DNA from: Octopus vulgaris
Lineage: Eukaryota
DNA: 64,000 nt
Reading direction: 5' to 3'
NCBI GenBank assembly: GCA_951406725.2
Contig: OX597838.1
Coordinates: 43,462,001-43,526,000 of the forward strand
Numbering within the stretch: the stretch's first letter is position 1; each line of letters opens with the position of its first letter. Of the stretch, positions 42,798-56,935 are shown piece by piece. The notes beneath the pieces are model-generated. The model was not told where the DNA came from. It did not search any database and saw nothing but the letters and a program-made list of their open reading frames with translations. The translations under genes and the position numbers were made by a program.

Positions 42798-43033
42798 CAA
42801 GGAAAATCCAAGCCACAGGCATTGGATTTCTTGGAAAGAGGTCGAATGTATACGGAACAAAGACAGGATGCCACACGAATATAAATACAAGAAACAAAAA
42901 TAGAAGTAAAAAAACAGAAATAAAAAACACGAATGGTGGACAGTACAAGGACAGGAGCGTCTTACGACTTTGGACAATTTTTAACTTATCTTGGCTGGCG
43001 TATATGAAAAAGGCCTTTAACGGCAAAAACGAA

Positions 43034-43098
<65 letters not shown>

Positions 43099-43156
43099 AC
43101 ATGTGTATATATACATATATATACCATGTTTGTGTATGTGTGACTTTGCGTATGTG

Positions 43157-43190
<34 letters not shown>

Positions 43191-43876
43191 CATAACACAC
43201 ACACACGCACATATACATATATACTGGTCGACTTTCCACGCCATATACAATCAAGTGGAAAATATGTTAATTCCAGATCAGAAATGTTCAGCAAATGCAA
43301 ATATATGGACAAATTTCTTTTGGCAAATTGGAGACCATCACCTTCTCAGCTATATCACAGACTTTAGAGCCCTTCCGTTGATTCTACACCATCTAGCCTT
43401 ATCACTCTACGTTCAGAGGAGACATAACTCTAATTCGTTTTTCCCTCCTTTTTTTCATCCACCTCCATCACAGTTTTTCTCGTGATTTCTCTGTTTCTAT
43501 TATCTTGATTTATAGAGGTCCTTGTACTTGCAGTCTGAAGATTACTTCAAGGCACAAGGCATGTTTTAAAACCTGCCTGGATAATATCTTCGCTCATAAC
43601 TACATACTCGTTTACTCTTTTACTTGTTTCAGTCATTTAACTGCGGTCATGCTGGAGCACCACTTTTAGTCGAATAAACCACTAAGTGCCGAACCGCTAA
43701 GATATGGGGGTGCAAACATATATATATATATACATATATATACGGCGGGCTTCTTTCAAATCCACTCACAAGGCTTTGGTCAGCCCGAGGCTATAGTAGA
43801 AGACACTTTCCCCCAAGGTGCCACGCAGTGGGACTGAACCTGAAAGCAAACTTCTTACCACACAGCCACACCTGCG

Positions 43877-43931
<55 letters not shown>

Positions 43932-44015
43932 TGTACATTAAACAATATTTATCTCTCACCAGATGGTGTACTTTTTTGTTGTTGATCTTAGACCTTACCT
44001 TAACGAAAAAGTAAA

Positions 44016-44052
<37 letters not shown>

Positions 44053-44369
44053 AACGATAATTGTATTTATTACCCGTTTCCAAAACGTAATTGTTTAAAT
44101 TTTGCTTCTTTTTCATTTTTCTTTTCTGTTTCAGTCATTGGACTGAGGCCATGCTAGAGCACCGCCTAGAAAGGTTTAATCGGAAAAATCGACTCCAGTA
44201 TTTTTGTTTTCATTTTTAAAGCCCGGTACTTATTATATCGGTCTGTTTTGTCGAAGGTTTACGGGGTTGTAAACAAACCAACGCAGGTTGTCAAGCGGTG
44301 GTAGCACCAAATACAAACATACACTCATTTCTTTGTTGTGCTTTTTCTCGTTTATATTCATTACCCAAC

Positions 44370-44461
<92 letters not shown>

Positions 44462-44812
44462 ATGTCCTCTTGTCTGCTTCCAAATGTGTTGAGTGTCACT
44501 TTCTTTCGTTTCTCCACTCATAACTATCTTTTATCTTTTGCTCGTTTCAGTCATTAGACTATGGCCATGCTGGGGCACCGCTTTAAGGAATTTCAGGTTA
44601 CGGGGACGTAAGCACACTGACATCTGTTATCAAGCAGTGGTGGAGAACAGACACACACACAATATTTTTGGACTAATGGGTATATAAGTCGATTAGTGTG
44701 TTGAAGGGTTTGGTAGGGCACTGGCACAGTTTAGGGCTACCTGGGGTCACCGGCAGTCGGGAGATATGTCCGTGGGATCTACTTCAGGAACTCCGCAGTG
44801 TTAGTTGAAATA

Positions 44813-45187
44813 ATAATACATTTCTTAAGTAAATAGTAGATGGATTTGGTATGAACCTTTATTTTGTACAAGGGTCGTTTTGACCCATCCTGCTACTGTC
44901 CCTTATTACGGGTGGGACTCCGTTCAACATGTGTTGCATCCATTTTGCAGTCTGGGCCTCATCAGGTACATCCATACGTAATATATGTCTGTCTGGTTAG
45001 GGAATCCCTAACCAGACTGCAGTCGAACAACATGACGGCCAAAACTCAGGATCTTTAGCGAGACACAACTTTTTGTATGGCTCTACGTGATGTGACCCAC
45101 ACTGCAAAATGGATGCACCCATAAGGGACAGTAGCAGGGTGAGTCGATTAATACCAAATCCATTTCCTGGTTACTTAAGAAATTATT
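44813..45187. mobile_element. Fold-back MITE-like element with long interrupted inverted repeats
   Basis: Paired blocks ATTTCTTAAGTAA/TTACTTAAGAAAT, ATGGATTTGGTAT/ATACCAAATCCAT, CCTGCTACTGTCCCTTAT/ATAAGGGACAGTAGCAGG, TGCATCCATTTTGCAGT/ACTGCAAAATGGATGCA. Confidence 0.75.
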
Positions 45188-45347
45188 AGGCGTGGCTGTG
45201 TGGTAAGAAGCTGGCTTCCCAACCACATGGTTCCCGGTTCAGTTCCACTATGTGGCACCTTGGGCAAGTGCCTTCTGCTATAGCCTCGAGCCGACCAAAG
45301 CCTTAGGAGTGGATTTGGTAGACGGAAACTAAAAGAAGCCCGTCGTG

Positions 45348-45417
<70 letters not shown>

Positions 45418-46003
45418 CATGTCTTTGTGTCTCTGGTCGTCCCCCCCCCAACATCGCTTGACATTGGTGTGCCTATGTCCCCTAAACTTAGCGGTTCGGC
45501 AAAAGAAACCGATAGAATAAGCACTAGGCTTACAGAGAATAAGTCCTGGGGTCGATTTGTTCGACTAAAGGTGGTGCTCCAGCATGGCCGCAGTCAAATG
45601 ACTGAAACGTGTAAAAGAGAATAGAAGAGACTATATACACACATATATATAATGCTGGAAATGAGGAGTCGAGAGAGAGCCGATGAAAGCCCGATCTTTT
45701 GTGTTACTTGTCTGGTCTTTCCAGCATGGCCGCAGTCAAATGACTGAAACAAATAAAAGAATATATAATACGACAGGCTTCTTTCAGTTTCCATCTACCA
45801 AAGTTCACTCCCACGGTTTTGGTCGGCCTGAGGCTATAGTAGAAGACACTTGCCCAAGGTGTCACACAAGGGTTCACACACACAAACACTATAATCTCGT
45901 ATTCATTGACCCCTATCAAAATTTTGTTCGTGTATTTATTTTTATTGATGAAACCATTAAAAATATGTATCTTCCACGTCATGCACGCGCGTATATGTTT
46001 GTA

Positions 46004-46044
<41 letters not shown>

Positions 46045-46309
46045 ATGAATGTATATATGTGTGTATGTATGTGTCTCACTAATCATATCTGTCGGGCATG
46101 TGGAATTACAACCGTGTTTCGTGGTCTGCTACCACAACAGCCCCTTTATAGGATCCAGTTAGCACAAGACATCATCGGGAGGAACCACGTCCGGTTTCGG
46201 CCCCTACTCCTCTACCGTTTTGACGTGGTGCCCCTCCACCCCCACCCCTTCGGAGGTGTCTTCAGCTCTGGTGTTGGGTGCATTTCTTCTTTCTTCTGTT
46301 CCCTGGCCT

Positions 46310-46540
46310 CTTCGTGGAAGAGAGAGTAATTCGGCAGGAGGACTTAAACGACATGCAAAGGTACATGAAGCCCAGTTACAACTACACCCGGCTATTACCA
46401 GTAAAGGTTTTGGTTACCGATTCTGTACCAGACATTGTAGATCTTTGGCTGGGCTAAAAAGTCACATTCGATCACAGCACCAGTAACAGTTAAGGTTCGT
46501 GCAATGGCCATACTCGATAACGAGGGGGCAGCCATCATAT
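46310..46540 (+). mobile_element. RTE-type LINE extreme 3' end with C2H2-like motif
   Basis: FCTRHCRSLAGLKSHIRSQHQ* followed by a short tail ending GCCATCAT. Confidence 0.55.
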
Positions 46541-47091
46541 TCGTCTGTAGACAATTTACGATTGAAATATTTGAAAAAGCACAGAGTTGTCTCCCTTAGA
46601 CCATTCGTTTTTGTTTGTTTTACTCCCCCCCCATTCATAGTGGCTTTGATAACATTTCTCCGATGGACCCTTCAATGACTTCGCCATCGTCGCCATCACT
46701 CATCATACGCTTTTTCCAGAACGTTGATGATATTTCAGCAAGAATGTTCCCGATTGAACGCCAGTCCTCCTATCGGTTGTCTTTCACGGTTCACTGGCAT
46801 GAGCGCCTTTTACAGGTCACTGTGCCACTGACCTGTTTCATGCGCCACAGGTATGGGGTGCCTTCCAAATGTTTGCCTCGATCACGATTTCAATTAACTT
46901 GAAATGTCTTCTCAAGCACAACAAATTGCCGTATACAGGCGTGGCTGTGTGGGAAGCTTGCTTCCCAACTGCATGGTTCCTGGTTCAATCCCACTGCATG
47001 GTAGTTTGCGCAAGTGTCTTCTACTGTAGCCTAGGGCCGACCAAAGCCTTATAAGTGGACTTGGTAGACGGAAACTGAAAGAATCCCGTTT

Positions 47092-47125
<34 letters not shown>

Positions 47126-47356
47126 AGTGTATATTTGTGTGTGTCTGAGTTTGCCCTTCCATCGTCTGACAACCAATATTGGTGTTTATGTCGCCATAAC
47201 TTAGCAGTCCAGCAAAAGAGACTAGTAGAATAAGTAATAGGCTTATAAAGAATAAGTCCTGGGCTTATAAAGAATAAGTCCTGGGGTCGATTTATTCAAC
47301 TAAAGGTGGTGCTCCAGCAAGGCCACAGTCAAATGACTGAAACAAGTAAAAGAATA

Positions 47357-47415
<59 letters not shown>

Positions 47416-48274
47416 TATGTGTCCATAACTTAGCAGTTCAACAAAAGACTCCAATAGAATAAGTGTTAGGCTTACAAAATAAGTCCTGGGGTTGATTTCT
47501 TTGACTGAAACCATTTAAGGTGGTGCTCCAGCATGGCTGTAGCCAAATGACTGAAACAAATAAAGATATTTTAAAAAATACTCATATGACAGGCTTCTTT
47601 CAGTTTCCATCTGCTAAATCCACTCACAAGGTTTTGGTCAGTCCAAGGCTATAATAAAAGACTTCTTGCTTAAGGTGCCATGCAATGGGACTGAACCTGC
47701 AACCATACGGTTGGGAAGCAAGCTTCTTACCACACAGCCACAACTGCATCTCAATGATTTCTCATATTTTTGTTTTGTTTTGTTTAATTTTCAAACTGCA
47801 GGAGTGATTGTGTGGTAAGAAACTTGCTTCCTAACCACATCGTTCCAGGTTCAGTCCCACCTTGGGCAAGTGTCTTCTACTATAGCCTTGGGCCGACCAA
47901 AGCCTTGTGAGTGGATTTGATAGACAGAAGCCTGTCATATATATGTATGTATATATATATATATGTGTGTCTGTGTTTGTTGCCCCACCATCGCTTGAGA
48001 ACCGATGTTGGTGTGTTTACGTCCCCGTAACTTAGTGGTTCAGCAAAAGAGACTGATAGAATAAGCACTAGGCTTACAAAGAATAAGTTCTGGGGTAGAT
48101 TTGTTCTACTAAAGGCAGTGCTCCAGCATGGCTGCAGTCAACTGAAACAAGTAAAAAGAATAAAAGAATTATTTAGAGTTATTTTGAATTTTATTACAGA
48201 AAAATAAATTCGTGTATTTGATGATGTTGGTTGAGGTTTCAATTCCACTTGTGAATTTACTTGAATTTTGATTG

Positions 48275-48463
48275 CTATCTTGTTTTCTTTTCATCTAATT
48301 TGGACTCTGGTTCCTTTGTCTGTGATTTATACTGTTGCCAGATAAAACTGATGGAGTCTTTCTCTAATATGATAACAGTTAATAGATTGGCAAGTAGACA
48401 GGTGCCGCCAATGACAACATGTACCAACCGATAGACGGGGCCTTTATCACAACAGAATAAAGT
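48275..48463 (-). CDS. RFT1: RFT1 last coding exon
   Basis: ttttcag|[23 protein letters not shown]...KKTR*; AATAAA on minus strand at 48195-48190. Confidence 0.9.
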   Translation of the reverse strand, partial: TLFCCDKGPVYRLVHVVIGGTCLLANLLTVIILEKDSISFIWQQYKSQTKEPESKLDEKKTR

Positions 48464-48867
48464 CTGAAAAACAAAAGAAAGAAAATGAGATATTTATTGG
48501 TGAAAACAAATTTTGTTGGAAGTTGAAAACAAGACATCAAGGAACATTGGACATAGATGAGGGTTTTGTGGATCAGATGGGGTTTGAAAAGCTACAAATT
48601 TTGACTTTCATAGACACAGACATAGCTGAATGGTTAAGAAGTTTGCTTCGAAACCCTGTGATTTTGGGTTCAGTCCCACTGCATGACACCTTGGGAAAAT
48701 ATCTTCTACTATAGCTATGGGTCAACAAAGGCTCAGCGGTGGTGCCCCAGCATGGCCGCGGCCTTCGGGATAAAACATTTTTAAGGATTTAAGGAATAGA
48801 TTTAGCAGACAGAAACCAGAGAAAGCCTGTCAGGTGTGTGTGTGCGTGTGCGTGCGTGCGTGCGTGT

Positions 48868-48911
<44 letters not shown>

Positions 48912-51900
48912 TACATCACAGGATGATTAGGAATCAGCATTATCTCCATACAAGTGATATTCATTTCCAATCTTTTTTGTGAAAGACATGTTTGGCCACA
49001 TTAAATCTACCACAACAAATTCTGTCTGACCCATGCAAGCATGGAAAAGTTGACATGATGATGATGATGATACGAATTATTGTAACAGGTAGAGGTAAAG
49101 GTCCACCAAGGTTCAGTCCTCAGCCCTCTCCTATTTATCATAGTCCTCCAGGCAATAACAGAGGAATTCAAGACAGGATGCCCCTGGGAGCTCCTATATG
49201 CTGACGACCTTGCTCTAATTGCTGAGTCACTATCAGAACTAGAGGAGAAGTTTCAGGTGTGGAAGCAAGGATTAGAATCGAAGGACCTTAGAGTCAACCT
49301 AGCTAAAACCAAAGTCCTAATATGTAGGAAGGCAGGCAAATCACAAATCCCTTCAGGTAGATGGCCCTGCTCAATCTGTAGAAAAGGCATAGGTAGAAAC
49401 GCCATAACATGCACCCAGTGTAAGCTATGGACACATAAGAGGTGCAGTAATATCAAAGGAAGGCTAAGCAGGAAGATAGTTTTTGTATGTGGCAGATGCT
49501 CAGGAGCAATAAACACTGGAAATGTGCAGAGACCAACTTCGGCCACATTCCAGGGAGAAAAACTAGAAGTAGTTGATAGCTTCCATTACCTAGGTGACCA
49601 AGTCAGTAGCAGGGGTGGATGTGCTGAAAGTGTAACTGCTAGAGTAAGAATAGCCTGGGCAAAGTTCAGAGAGCTCTTACCTCTGCTGGTGACAAAGGGC
49701 CTCTCGCTCAGAGTAATATGTAGACTGTATGACGCTTGTGTATGAACAGCCATGCTACATGGCAGTGAAATATGGGTGGTGACTGCTGAGGACATGCGTA
49801 AGCTTGCAAGGAAGGAAGCCAGTATGCTCCACTGGATGTGTAATGTCAGTGTGCATACATGACAGAGTGTGAGTGCCCTGAGAGAAAAGTTGGGCATAAG
49901 AGGCATCTTGAGCAAGAGAGACGACTGCACTGGTGTGGTCATGTGGTGTAAATGGAGGACAGTTGTGTGGAAAAGTGCCACACCCAAGCAGTTGTGGGAA
50001 CTTTTGGAAGAGGTAGACCCAGGAAAACCTGGGATGAGGTGGTGAAGCACGACCTTTAAACATTAGGTCTCACCAAGGTAATGACTAGTGACCGAGACCT
50101 TTGGAAATATATATTGTACTTGAAGACCGGCAAATCAAGTGAGACCATAACCCATGGCCTATGCCAGCGGTGTAACCACCCGTGTCAGTGGAATGTTAAA
50201 GTACTATCTTAACGTGATCATTGTCAGGTCCGTTGACTGGCTCCCATGCCGGTGGCACATAAAAGTGTGATCATTATTAGCATTACCTTATTGGCACTTG
50301 TGCCAGTGGCATGTGAAAAACAACATTTGAGTGAAGTCGTTGCCAGAGCCGCTGGACTGGCTCCTGTGCAGGTGGCACATAAAAAACACCATTTGAGCGT
50401 GGCCATTGCCAGTACCGCATTACTGGCCCTCGTGCCGGTGGCACATAAAAGCACCCACTACCCGTTCGAGGTGGTTGGCATTAAGAAGGGCATCCAGCTG
50501 TAGAAACTCTGCCAGATCACACTGGAGTCTGGTGCAGCCATCTGGTTCGCAAGTCCTCAGTCAAACCGTCAAACCCAGGCTAGCATGGAAAGCGGACATT
50601 AAACGATGATGATGATGAATTTATTATTAAAATTCAGGGAACCTGGTCGTGGTTTGAATTGGTAAAAGATAATCTTTGAAAGTTTGTTGAAAATATGAAA
50701 TTACAATATTTTGAGCACTTGTCTTTGTTTGACTCTTCCTGTATTAAATCATCTGTGACTGCACCTGCGTCTATGATACGTATTTTATGCTCTAGAGTGA
50801 TATCAATCAATCATCATTATGATGGGTTCCTTTCAGACTCCATCTACCAAATCCACTAACAAGGATTTGATTGGCCAGGGGCTATAGTTGATGGAACTTG
50901 CCCAAAATTCTTAACCAAAAATGTTTCTCTCATGGTTTCAAGTGCATAGGGAAACAAAAAAATTAGCCAAAACCAGTCCAGGCCTCAGCAGTGATGAGTG
51001 GTGGGACTGAAAAAAAAAAATTCATAAATTTTCAAACATTTTCCTTTTTTTTTTTGTGAAAAGGCAGGTGAAAAAAAGGTGTAGTGCTGTGTAGTGGAAT
51101 TTATCCTGAAATCATGTGATTGAGAAACAATTTTCTAACCACCTGGCCATAAATGGATATATAAATGAACTTTTCTATATAAACTCACCTCTGACAGACA
51201 GGTAAAACAGAATGATATACAGAAACCAATCAATATGAGAGGTCGAATTAACAAGGCACGAAGAGGTTGGACGGAACCATCTTGGAAATATTTCCAAATA
51301 AACCTGGCACTGCAACACAAAGAGAAAGACAATTAGTTTACAATGAGAAACAAGTGAAGCAGCGATCAACATGAATGGTATCAATGATAATTATGGAAAG
51401 ATAAAACTGACCAAACAGTAACATGGTCGAAGAGACCGAAAGCAATGTATCTGAAGAAGAGAAATAAAGCACAGGGTGAAAGGTTCACGGAGATTAACAA
51501 TACTACAACCACCTATGCAGGCACAGGGGGCCCACTGCGTGGCACTTTGGGTAGGTGTCTTCCGCTATAGCCCCAAGTCGACCAAAGCTTTGTGATTGAA
51601 TTCGGTAGGTGGAAGTTACTGCCGTGTATGTATGTGTGCATGTAGCTGCTCAGTGCCTCTCCGAAAGAGAGAGAGAGAGAGAGGGATATATATATTCATA
51701 TTCAAACAGACAGATGGATAGAGAGATCAGGCAGATATAGAAAGATTTATATCACTATCCAAATTTGCTTTTATCAAAAGAGAGTGCAGGATGGACAGAG
51801 GGATGATATATATATATATACACACACACACATACACACACTTCATCATAATCATTTAATGTCCGCCTTCCATGCTAGCATGGGTGGGACAGTTTCACAA

Positions 51901-54900
51901 GAGCCAACCAGGCCGAAGTTGAAGCCATACTTCTGTGACTGTTTTGGCAGGGTTTCCATGGCTGGATGCCCTTCCTAACACCAACCACTCTGCAGAGTGA
52001 ACTTAGTGCTTTTAACATGGCACCACACACACACATCCATCCATAAACCAAACTTCTTTGGCACATCAGCCACCACGCAAGAAGACGATTGATTCTATGA
52101 ACCAAGACTGAAAGCTTGTATTTTTGGTTTTAAGAATATAAGAGAAAGAAAACGAGAAGATGAAGAGGAGGAATACAACTCAATCAATGGAATACCTGTG
52201 TAGAATCCGAAGAAACATGTTAAGACAATTGGCCAGGATGAAACCAATGCTGCCGAGATAATGAGTGAAGAGCCAAGAGGCAGTGAGGAAGGAAACGGAG
52301 AAGATCAACATCATATTGTTGTATCTGAGGAAAAAGAGAAAAGAAATTGCATCAGACAAAATTTATTTGTTTTTTTTTAAGTTCTTCTTTAAGTGTTTAT
52401 TTTCTTCAACTATGTATTCTTTCTTTTGTTTTATTATTTATTTTTTTTATTTGTGTCAGTCATTGGACTATGACCAAGCTGCAGCACTGGGTTGAAGGGT
52501 GGAGTCAATCAAATCAAGTTCAGAACATCTTTTTTTTCCCTCTAAATCTGGTATTTAGTTTATTGGCCCCTTTTACCAAACTGCATGGTTGTCAGGCAGT
52601 GGCACCGGGCCAAGCACAAAGACACACACATATTAACTCCCAAAGAGTTGGTAGTTACAGTGACCATTCCAGATATGTTCCAGTCTCATTTGACCTCATC
52701 AGTGGAGTAAAAAATGTTGATGCAAGATCTTAGATTAATTTCCAGATGATACGGACTTGGTGCAAAAATAAAATAAAACCACTGATGAGTTTAAACCTAA
52801 AAAAATCAGTGTGACTGCTATGAAATGGTTAATTCGTTAACAATGACGTTAATGAGAAAAAGCCAATAAGTAGTGCAGTCAACAACAAATGAACTGAATA
52901 ATCTAAACAAAGTTATCCAGTGTTGAACGGTGATGGAGATGAGAATAATGAGAAATAAAATTATATAAAAAAAAAAATCCAACCAGATTAGGTAACTAAC
53001 CGATCGACTTCTTTTTTGCTCATAACAGCAAATACAAAGGACTCTGAGACACCATTCACAGCGATGATCAAAACGTAAACGGTATACCAGCGAAGAAGAA
53101 CCGGACCTGGTAAAAGAATGAGACATCATAATCAGTTGTTTCAAGTTTGTTTCTCCTGCTAATATAGACTGGATGCTTCAACAGGATCCAGTGTCTTGAA
53201 GGACCAAGCCGTGCTCCAATCACTCATATTTGACATGGTTTCTACAACCAGACGGACGCCCTTCCTGGTGCCAACCAATTTACAGAGTGGATTGAGTCCT
53301 TTTTTTGTTTGTTTCATGGCACCAGTAAGAGTCCCTGAAACTGAAAGGGAGAAGAGAGAGAAGGGAGTGGCTTCATGCAATTTGTAAGCTTAAAATATGA
53401 TCCAAGAAACAGGAAGAAGTGATTGGGGTGTGAGACGCAGGGTGGCGGTTTCAATTCCCAGCTGTGCATTGTGGTCTCTTCATTTCACATTGTTCCAGTC
53501 TACTTACCTGTAAATGGGTCATCCTGTGATGGATTGGCATACAAAGGTGAAACGATGACTCAGGAAAATCACCTGAATGGAGGACTCATAAGCCATGTTT
53601 TATATTCAACAATCAAAAGGATGAATGGTACAACCTGTACCTTGAACCATGGCTGGTTGGGATTCGTTCAACCATGTCAAAGCTCAAAAATCAGGAGGAG
53701 ATTCAGATCTCAGATTTGTTGGATGCCAACTGTTTACAGAATAAATTGGATGCTTTTTCATGGAACCAGTTCTAGTGAAGTCACCTTGTAAGACTAAAGG
53801 GACACACCCCAATTGACTGAGAAGAAAAACAATGGAAAGTTTTCATTGGGTCTCAAGGAGGCAAAGTGGCTGAGTTCCTTTCAAGTGTTGGGCCCCACAG
53901 AGGCAATGACCAAGTCTATTTGGCATCATATCGTGCTTGAGAAGAAGAAGACCCATCAAATCAAGTAAAAATCACAGTTGTGGCAGATACCAGTGTCCTG
54001 CAAATGGCACCCATGTCAGTGGCACGTAAAAGCAGCCATTACTCTCTCAGAGTGGTTGGCCTTAGGAAGGGCACCCACCCATAGAAAACTATGCCAAATC
54101 AGACTGGAGCCTGGCACAGCCTCCCAGCCTGGTCCAACCCATGCCAGCATGGACAACAGATGTTAAATGATGATGACCATCATCATCCTAATCATCATTA
54201 TATACCTGTTTGTCCACCTGTTTTACCTGGTGTTGGATAGACAGGTAGTCTTCAGTGTCTTGCTGCTTATGAATATTTCCCTCATTCGGTTCTTCCCTTC
54301 TTCCCCATCTCCTCCTCTGCATGTTCTTCCCATTTGCATTCCTTGATGCTTCTACACTTTTCACCTTTCACATCAAAATAGGTTTTATTCATCAGCAATG
54401 TCTGATCAGCTCCATTCAAAGAAAAACAAAAAACCACAATGATGCCCTTTCCTTATCTCGCACTATTTACAGTGATTCAAACCCAGAATAAATTAATCTT
54501 TACTCCTTCTGTTACCATATTTCTGCAGACATATGCTGCCTTTATCATAATTAATTGGGTGTTTGGAACATAAATTAACATGAAATTAGCATAAATTAAC
54601 ATAAAGGAAGGTGTTAATGGAGATTGCTTGAAAACAAAAGTTTTCTGTCACAGAACTAGGGTCAGTCTCGGGCAAATTGGAAAAGGTTAACCTTTTTGCT
54701 ACCATATTTCTGTAGACATACTCTGCTTTTGTTTCATGTTGATTTTGAAAATAATGAAGTATTTAGTAAAAATAATTTTGTTATAATAAAAATTGAAACT
54801 TTGATGGAAGATTAGGATTCAGATCCCATTTAAAACATATCCAGATTGTTTGTTGTTCAACAGAGTAGAATAGGTGGAGGTTGGTGACAGGAATGAGATG

Positions 54901-56546
54901 TGGTGTCACCTGGTGGACAGTTAATGCAAGGGAAATAATCATTTCTTTCTAATATTTGGTGGGATTAGAAGTTTCAATTTGAAATTAAGGAATTTTAAGA
55001 TGGGGAAAAAAAAAGATGCATAGAATGCCCACGTTGATTTTTTTCTTTTTTTGCTTATCAGAAATTAAGAATTTTTAGCCAAGAATCATTGTATCCAGTT
55101 GTAATAACATTTAAAAGAACTTTCAAATTTACAAATAGGAAAAACTTATGTAGCCATGGAAATATGAAAAAAAAAAAAGCATAAAAGAGATGGTGAGAGA
55201 AAATTAAAAGAGGAAAATGAGGAGAAAGAATTTCTTGTTGCTGACCTGATGATGAGCTGAGCATTGACCCTCCATACATGTCCAACGCAAGGAAAGAGTA
55301 GGAATAACCATAGACCAAGATAGTCAGCCCTATAAGGGTCACTCCAGTCAAGAGGATTCTTAATACAGTTGCTGCCATTCTTGCAGATTCCTGAAAAGGA
55401 AAGAGTAGATTCTAAGGTCCACAGAACTACACACAAACATATCTGAATCCATGTACAAATGTACACATCATCATCATCATCATCATTTCACATTGGTTGT
55501 CCATGCTGGCATCTGCTGAATGGGTCGGACAGGATACAAAAGGTCGGTGAAGCACGTCATGTTCCAGTGTCTCACTTTTGACAGGGTTTCTATGGCTGGA
55601 TGCCCCTTCTTAGCACCAACAATGACACAGGGAGTAGTCCTGGGGAGGGGGAAGAGGGCTCTCTTCCAGGTGATGAGAAGCTGGAGAAAGAATACAGGGA
55701 TAGAAACAGGTGTCTTGCAGTAAAAGAAATGCATGGTAAACCACCCAGGTGGAAAGTGAGTGTGGGGGGTGATGGTTGGTGGAGGGGAGAGAGAGAGAGA
55801 GAGAACGAAAATGGTGAAAAAGAAGTGATGAGGCATACAAGCAAATTAAAGGTAAGTGTATAAAGGCAGAGAGGGTTGGAGGGTGGGTAAGTTTGTAAGA
55901 TGTGAAAGATGAGTGGAATACAGTGAGTGATTACAGGTAGAGGGAGAAGGTGTTTTGAGGATATTTTGTGGGAGAAAGAGAGAGGAAGAGAGTCGTGGGA
56001 GTGAGGTTTGTCAGAGACAGAATGCTTGCTAGGGGATGGACCTAAACAACATCGCTTTGTGGCTTTTGTTTTATTTAGCTGGATAGGTCTCTTCAAGCGC
56101 AGCAAATCCCCAGTCGTCTCAGTCCTTTGTCATCTCCTTTGTGAGGCTCAACATCTGAAGATCATTTTTCTACCACTTTGTCCCATGTCTTTTAAAGATT
56201 CCCTCCACGTCTAGAGATCAGCACCTCTTTATGTAGCTGGCCTCATCCATACACATGAGACCATACCAGCACAGTTTTCTCCCTCACACTCTACATGTGA
56301 TGCCTCTGGCACCTAATTTTTCTTCCAGCATATTTATACACTGTTTTACATGTTCACTGACACCCAGCAAAGCATGCTGGCTTCAATTCTCCCAAGCCTT
56401 CACATGTCTCCTGTAGTCACAGCCCACATTTCACTCACATGCAAGCATCATACAATGTGCATTTCACTCTGAGGGAGAGGCCTCTTGCTACCAATAAAGG
56501 TGATAGCTCTCTGAACTTTGTACAGTAAGCTCTTCCAGCCAATATA

Positions 56547-56583
<37 letters not shown>

Positions 56584-56904
56584 TCATCATCATCATCATC
56601 ATCATCATCGTTTAACGTCCGCTTTCCATGCTAGCATGGGTTGGACAGTTCAACTGGGGTCTGGGAAGCCAGGAGACTGCACCAGGCATCAGTCTGATCT
56701 GGCAGTGTTTCTACAGCTGGATGCCCTTCCTAACGCCAACTACTCTGTGAGTGTAATGGGTCCCTTGTTAACAATTAACACGGAAAAAAAATAGATAAAT
56801 AGTTACCAGGGTAGCAAAAAATTTAATGCAGGTGTAATTCAAATACTTTTACTTCCGATATATGTTTTGAAGATATCACTGATATTATTCCAAACCAGTG
56901 GAAT

Positions 56905-56935
<31 letters not shown>

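Noticed and set aside
43240-43560. Possible Penelope remnant with CTGAAGATTA
   Set aside because: No convincing partner strands or ORF motifs.
52779-52815. CACTGATGAG hammerhead-like start
   Set aside because: GAAA and stems missing.
56830-56905. Decayed hammerhead-like AAAACATATATCGGAA on the minus strand
   Set aside because: CUGANGA box absent.
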